Positions 55,392 to 64,000 of a DNA stretch of 64,000 nt are shown here, one piece after another. The stretch covers positions 91,907-155,906 of the forward strand of contig CBINJM010000004.1 of assembly GCA_966251025.1 (NCBI GenBank), read 5' to 3'. The notes beneath the pieces were generated by a model. The model was not told where the DNA came from. It did not search any database and saw only the letters and a program-made list of their open reading frames with translations. The first letter of the stretch is position 1, and the number at the start of each line of letters is the position of its first letter. Source of the DNA: an uncultured Erythrobacteraceae bacterium (lineage in GTDB: Bacteria; Pseudomonadota; Alphaproteobacteria; Sphingomonadales; Sphingomonadaceae). The position numbers were made by a program, and so were the translations under genes.

Positions 55392-57182
55392 TTAGGCCGT
55401 CGCCACATCCTCGAACTGAAGCGCTGCGAGGTGGGCGTAGAGACCACCGGCGGCGATCAGCTGCGGATGGGTGCCCTGCTCCACGATATGCCCGTGCTCC
55501 ATCACCACGATCCGGTCCGCCGCGCGCACAGTGGCGAGACGGTGGGCGATGACAAGCGTGGTGCGGTTATGCATGAGCCGCTCCAGCGCCTCCTGCACCA
55601 GCCGCTCGCTTTGCGCATCGAGGGCGCTGGTTGCCTCGTCCAGCAGCAGGATGGGTGAATCGCGGAGGATGGCGCGGGCGATGGCCACGCGCTGGCGCTG
55701 TCCGCCCGAGAGCCGAGCGCCGCCTTCCCCAAGGAAGGTGTCGAGCCCGTCCGGCAGGTCGCGCAGGAAATCCTCCGCATTGGCGGCGCGGGCGGCGGCC
55801 CAGATCTCCTCCTCGCTCGCTTCCCATGCGCCGTAGCGAAGATTGTCGCGCGCGTTGGCGGCGAACAGAATCCCTTCCTGCGGCACCAGTGCCATCCGGC
55901 GGCGGATCTCCGCCGGGTCCGCCTGGGTCATCGGAACTCCGTCCAGTCGAACGGTGCCCGCCTGAGGATCATAGAACCGCTCGGCCAGCTGGAAGACGGT
56001 GGACTTGCCCGCACCGGAGGGCCCGACGAGCGCCACCGTCTCGCCCGGCTCCACCGTCAGGGTGAAATTGAGCAGGGCGGGCGCATCGGGCCGCGTCGGA
56101 TAGCGGAAGGTGACGTTCTGGAAAGACAGGCTGCCGCGCGCCGGTTGCGGCAGGGCCAGAGGCCGCGCGGGCGGAGCGATGGCCGGCCTTTCCCGCAGAA
56201 GCTCCTCCAGCCGTTCAGCGGAACCGGCGCCGCGCAGCAGCTCTCCATAGACCTCGGCAAGAGCGGCGAGCGCGCCGGCAACGAGCACGCCGGTGAGAAC
56301 GAAGGCCGCGATCGTGCCGCCGGACAAGGTACCCTCGACCACCTGGATCGCGCCGCGCCACATCAAGGCGGTGACGGAGCCGAAGATGAACCAGATCACC
56401 ATCGCCGTCATCATCGCGCGCAGCCGGACACGACGTTGCGCCGTCTGGAAGGTGCGCTCCACCGCGGAGGCGAAGCGTGCCCGCTCCCGCGCTTCCTGGT
56501 TGAAGCCCTGCACGATCTTCATCGCGCCGAGCACTTCCGCGATGTGAGAGCCGACCTCGGCCACCCTGTCCTGGCTTTCGCGCGAGACACGCCGCACCCG
56601 GCGGCCGAACCAGATCAGCGGCAGCAGCACGAGCGGCACGGCGATGAGGAGAAGCGCGGTGAGCGAGGGGGCGAGCACCAGCAGGTAGGCGATGCCGCCG
56701 ACCACCATGATCAGATTGCGCAGTGCGACGGAGATGGTGACGCCCACCACCTGTTCGATCTGCGCGGTGTCGGCCGTCATGCGGCTGGCGATCTCCGTCG
56801 GGCTGTTATGCTCGAAGAAGGCGGGCGACAGGCGCAGCAGGTTGTTCTGCACGGCGAGGCGGATGTCCGCGACCACGCGCTCCCCCAGAAGAGTGACGAA
56901 ATAGTATCGCGCCGCCGTGCCGATCGCGAGCACGGTGACGATCAGGAACAGGTAGCGGAACCAGCGGGCGATCTCGTCCGGGTTGGTGCCCTGGGTGAAG
57001 CCGCGGTCGATGATCAGGCGGAAGCCTGCGGGGATCGCCAGCGTCGCCGCCGCCGTGACCGTCAGCGCCAGCAGCGAAAGCGCCACCTGGCCTGGATAGC
57101 GGCCTGCCGCGCGAAGGATCATCGCCAACGGGCCGAGGCTGGTGGCGGGTTCGACTTGTGGGGAGTTTGAGGCCCGGGCCAT
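55392..57182 (-). CDS. ABC transporter, fused permease/ATP-binding protein (ABCB/MsbA-like exporter)
   Basis: 596 aa from MARASNSPQV..., with an ATG verified at 57182. It has six TM helices, Walker A GPSGAGKST, the signature LSGGQRQRVAIAR and Walker B LLLDEATSALD. Confidence 0.85.
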   Translation of the reverse strand: MARASNSPQVEPATSLGPLAMILRAAGRYPGQVALSLLALTVTAAATLAIPAGFRLIIDRGFTQGTNPDEIARWFRYLFLIVTVLAIGTAARYYFVTLLGERVVADIRLAVQNNLLRLSPAFFEHNSPTEIASRMTADTAQIEQVVGVTISVALRNLIMVVGGIAYLLVLAPSLTALLLIAVPLVLLPLIWFGRRVRRVSRESQDRVAEVGSHIAEVLGAMKIVQGFNQEARERARFASAVERTFQTAQRRVRLRAMMTAMVIWFIFGSVTALMWRGAIQVVEGTLSGGTIAAFVLTGVLVAGALAALAEVYGELLRGAGSAERLEELLRERPAIAPPARPLALPQPARGSLSFQNVTFRYPTRPDAPALLNFTLTVEPGETVALVGPSGAGKSTVFQLAERFYDPQAGTVRLDGVPMTQADPAEIRRRMALVPQEGILFAANARDNLRYGAWEASEEEIWAAARAANAEDFLRDLPDGLDTFLGEGGARLSGGQRQRVAIARAILRDSPILLLDEATSALDAQSERLVQEALERLMHNRTTLVIAHRLATVRAADRIVVMEHGHIVEQGTHPQLIAAGGLYAHLAALQFEDVATA

Positions 57183-57280
57183 GGCGGGCCGCCTAGCCCA
57201 AGTGCCGGCCTGAATGAAGTGCGTAAGTCTGCGGCGCGATTTGGCGCAGTGCGGTATGACGCCTATATACAGGGCATGCA

Positions 57281-57306
57281 GGAACGGGTTGTTCACTCCT
57301 GCAGTT
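57281..57306 (+). promoter_or_regulatory. GGAAC-N17-AGTT element overlapping an inverted repeat upstream of phaZ
   Basis: GGAAC sits at 57281-57285 and AGTT at 57303-57306. The inverted repeat TGCAGGA (57277-57283) / TCCTGCA (57297-57303) overlaps it. It lies 35 nt upstream of the phaZ GTG. Confidence 0.25.
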
Positions 57307-57340
57307 TAGGCGGAGCGGGGCAGCCGACAGGGATTATCGA

Positions 57341-58600
57341 GTGATCTACGACGCTTATGAGATGCAGCGGTCGCTGCTCAACACTGCGAGCAGCTGGGCC
57401 TCCATCGGCGCGCAGCTCCTCAACAATCCCGCTCTTCCCCTCGGCTATTTCGGGATGGGCCCGGTGGTGGCGAGCGCGCTGCAGGTGTTCGCCGGCTTTT
57501 ACGAGGAGCACGGCAAGCCTGAGTTCGGCATCGACACGGTTGCGGTGAACGACAACGATTTCGTGGTTCATGAGCAGGTCGTGCTCGAAAAGCCTTTCGG
57601 CGCGCTGCGGCACTTCCGGCGCGAGGGCCTGCCCGAGGACGCGCCCAAGCTGCTGATCGTCGCGCCGATGAGCGGGCACTATGCCACGCTGCTGCGCGGC
57701 ACCGTGGCGCGGATGGTGGAGAACCAGGAGGTCTGGATCACCGACTGGGCCGACGCGAAGATGGTCCCGCTCGACAAGGGGCGCTTCGATCTGGACGACT
57801 ATATCGACTACCTGATCGAGTTCCTGCGCTTCATCGGCGAGGACACCCACATGCTGGCCGTGTGCCAGCCTTCCGTCCCCGCCTTCGCGGCGGCGGCGGT
57901 CATGGGGGCGGAGCGCGATCCGTGCCGCCCTTCCTCACTGACGATGATGGGCGGCCCGATCGACACGCGCGCCAGCCCGACCTCGGTCAACGACGTGGCG
58001 ATGGACCGGCCGCTGAGCTGGTTCCGCAACAATGTCATCGCCACCGTCCCGTTCAATTATCCGGGCGCCGGGCGGCAGGTCTACCCAGGCTTCCTGCAGC
58101 TGGCCGGGTTCATCTCCATGAACCTGCAAAGCCACATGATGAGCCATTACGAGATGTTCAAACACCTGACGCTGGGCGATCAGGAGAGCGCGGCGGGCAC
58201 CAAGAAGTTCTACGACGAATATCTGTCGGTTTGCGACATGACCGCCGAGTTCTACCTGCAGACGATCGAGCATGTCTTCCAGAAGCACTCCCTGCCTAGG
58301 GGCCAGTTCGTTCATCGCGGCAAGCCGATCGATCCGGACGCGATCCGCGACACGGCGCTGTTGGCGATCGAGGGGGAGCGCGATGACATTTCCGGCATCG
58401 GCCAGACCCGCGCCGCGCTGGACCTGGCCGAGCACCTGCCGCCGGCAAAGAAGAAGTACTACCTCGCCCGCGAGGTAGGGCACTACGGCATTTTCAACGG
58501 CAGCAAGTGGCGCAGCCGCATCGCCCCGGTCGTGGAGGAATGGATGCGTGCGCACAGCCAGCAGGCGGCCAGTAGCGTCGCCAGCCCTGTCACGACCTGA
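57341..58600 (+). CDS. phaZ: intracellular polyhydroxyalkanoate depolymerase
   Basis: 419-aa ORF (MIYDAYEMQRSLLNTASSWA...PLLIVAPMSGHYATLLR...VCQPSVP...), matching the PhaZ N-terminal and alpha/beta-fold pattern. It has a GTG start. Confidence 0.85.
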   Translation: MIYDAYEMQRSLLNTASSWASIGAQLLNNPALPLGYFGMGPVVASALQVFAGFYEEHGKPEFGIDTVAVNDNDFVVHEQVVLEKPFGALRHFRREGLPEDAPKLLIVAPMSGHYATLLRGTVARMVENQEVWITDWADAKMVPLDKGRFDLDDYIDYLIEFLRFIGEDTHMLAVCQPSVPAFAAAAVMGAERDPCRPSSLTMMGGPIDTRASPTSVNDVAMDRPLSWFRNNVIATVPFNYPGAGRQVYPGFLQLAGFISMNLQSHMMSHYEMFKHLTLGDQESAAGTKKFYDEYLSVCDMTAEFYLQTIEHVFQKHSLPRGQFVHRGKPIDPDAIRDTALLAIEGERDDISGIGQTRAALDLAEHLPPAKKKYYLAREVGHYGIFNGSKWRSRIAPVVEEWMRAHSQQAASSVASPVTT

Positions 58601-58825
58601 CCGATCTCCCGGGTAGCCGCCGGCGCCACGCATCAATCGACAAGCCTGCTGCCGCTGTAGGCGGTTAAAGCAGGCCTATCTTGCAAAAAATCCTTCCTGT
58701 CGTCATGGAGCGGCATCGCGACATTTTCGAATGCACTCCACAGAGGGTGAGTCGCGCTTCGTTGCCGCCTGCAGCGCGCTACGGGGCGAGGCGTCGAACC
58801 GGACCGAGACAGGAAGATCAAGGCA

Positions 58826-63493
<4,668 letters not shown>

Positions 63494-63508
63494 GGGTCAC
63501 ACAGGACA

Positions 63509-64000
63509 ATGGGCAAGGAAACCGGCTTCCTCGAGATCGACCGGCAGGATCGCACCTATGCCGATCCCAAGGAGCGCATCGGGCACTACAAAGAGTTCGT
63601 GATCCCGCACAGCGAGGAGGGCCTGAAGAACCAGGCTGCCCGCTGCATGAACTGCGGCATCCCGTACTGTCACAACGGTTGTCCGGTGAACAACATGATT
63701 CCGGACTGGAACCATCTGGTCTATGAAAGTGACTGGAAGGACGCGGTCGAGAACCTGCACTCGACCAACAACTTCCCGGAGTTCACCGGCCGGGTGTGCC
63801 CCGCCCCGTGCGAGGCGGCCTGCACGCTCAACATCATCGACCAGCCCGTCACGATCAAGAGCATCGAATGTGCGATCGCCGATCGCGGCTGGAAGGAAGG
63901 CTGGACCGCTCCGCGCCCTCCCAAGCACAAGACCGGCAAGAGCGTGGCGGTGGTCGGCTCTGGACCGGCCGGCATGGCATGCGCCCAGCAGCTCGCGCGA
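63509..64000 (+). CDS. gltD: glutamate synthase small subunit (5' part, truncated by the window end)
   Basis: My own translation from the ATG at 63509 gives [30 protein letters not shown]...[20 protein letters not shown]...[11 protein letters not shown]...[19 protein letters not shown]. The frame stays open to position 64000. Confidence 0.9.
   Translation, partial: MGKETGFLEIDRQDRTYADPKERIGHYKEFVIPHSEEGLKNQAARCMNCGIPYCHNGCPVNNMIPDWNHLVYESDWKDAVENLHSTNNFPEFTGRVCPAPCEAACTLNIIDQPVTIKSIECAIADRGWKEGWTAPRPPKHKTGKSVAVVGSGPAGMACAQQLAR

Noticed and set aside
58668-58685. Possible sigma-54 promoter (GGCCTATCTTGCA) upstream of gltB
   Set aside because: The GG-to-GC spacing is 2 nt too short relative to the TGGCAC-N5-TTGC geometry.

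Overview
This is a high-GC, densely packed segment of an alphaproteobacterial chromosome. The gene content looks Sphingomonadales-like: DUF1491, DUF2093, UrcA, a PopZ-like DUF2497 protein, a short SufD and ThiS-ThiG. I support about 70 CDS, almost all housekeeping. They include hpf-ptsN, xthA, erpA, tolC, rpsI-rplM, cutA-ctaA, thiSG, an acyl-CoA synthetase, ggt and pyrD. There is a complete SUF Fe-S operon (Rrf2 regulator-sufB-[2 extra ORFs]-sufC-sufD-sufS-sufT-sufA). Further genes are purD/xseA, an M23 peptidase, rpmB, tadA, nadC, two paralogous LytS-type kinase/LytTR regulator pairs, DsbA, an M48/TPR protease, uppP, an M13 peptidase, an ABC exporter, phaZ and gltB-gltD (gltD runs off the 3' end). 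I found no rRNA or tRNA genes, CRISPR arrays, transposases or integrases, phage genes or recognisable defence genes. I do not see a convincing new multi-gene system, and the window reads as ordinary core genome. The observations most worth a second look are these: (1) two translationally coupled extra ORFs (a small membrane protein and a degenerate DUF559 endonuclease-like protein) between sufB and sufC; (2) an in-frame thiS-thiG fusion; (3) a strong orphan rho-independent terminator with no ORF upstream of the suf regulator, a candidate sRNA; (4) phased direct repeats and palindromes in several promoter regions; (5) two GGAAC-N17-AGTT elements resembling EcfG general-stress promoters; (6) two REP/MITE-like palindromic repeats. 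All product calls come from my own recognition of motifs in the supplied translations, and no database search was run.
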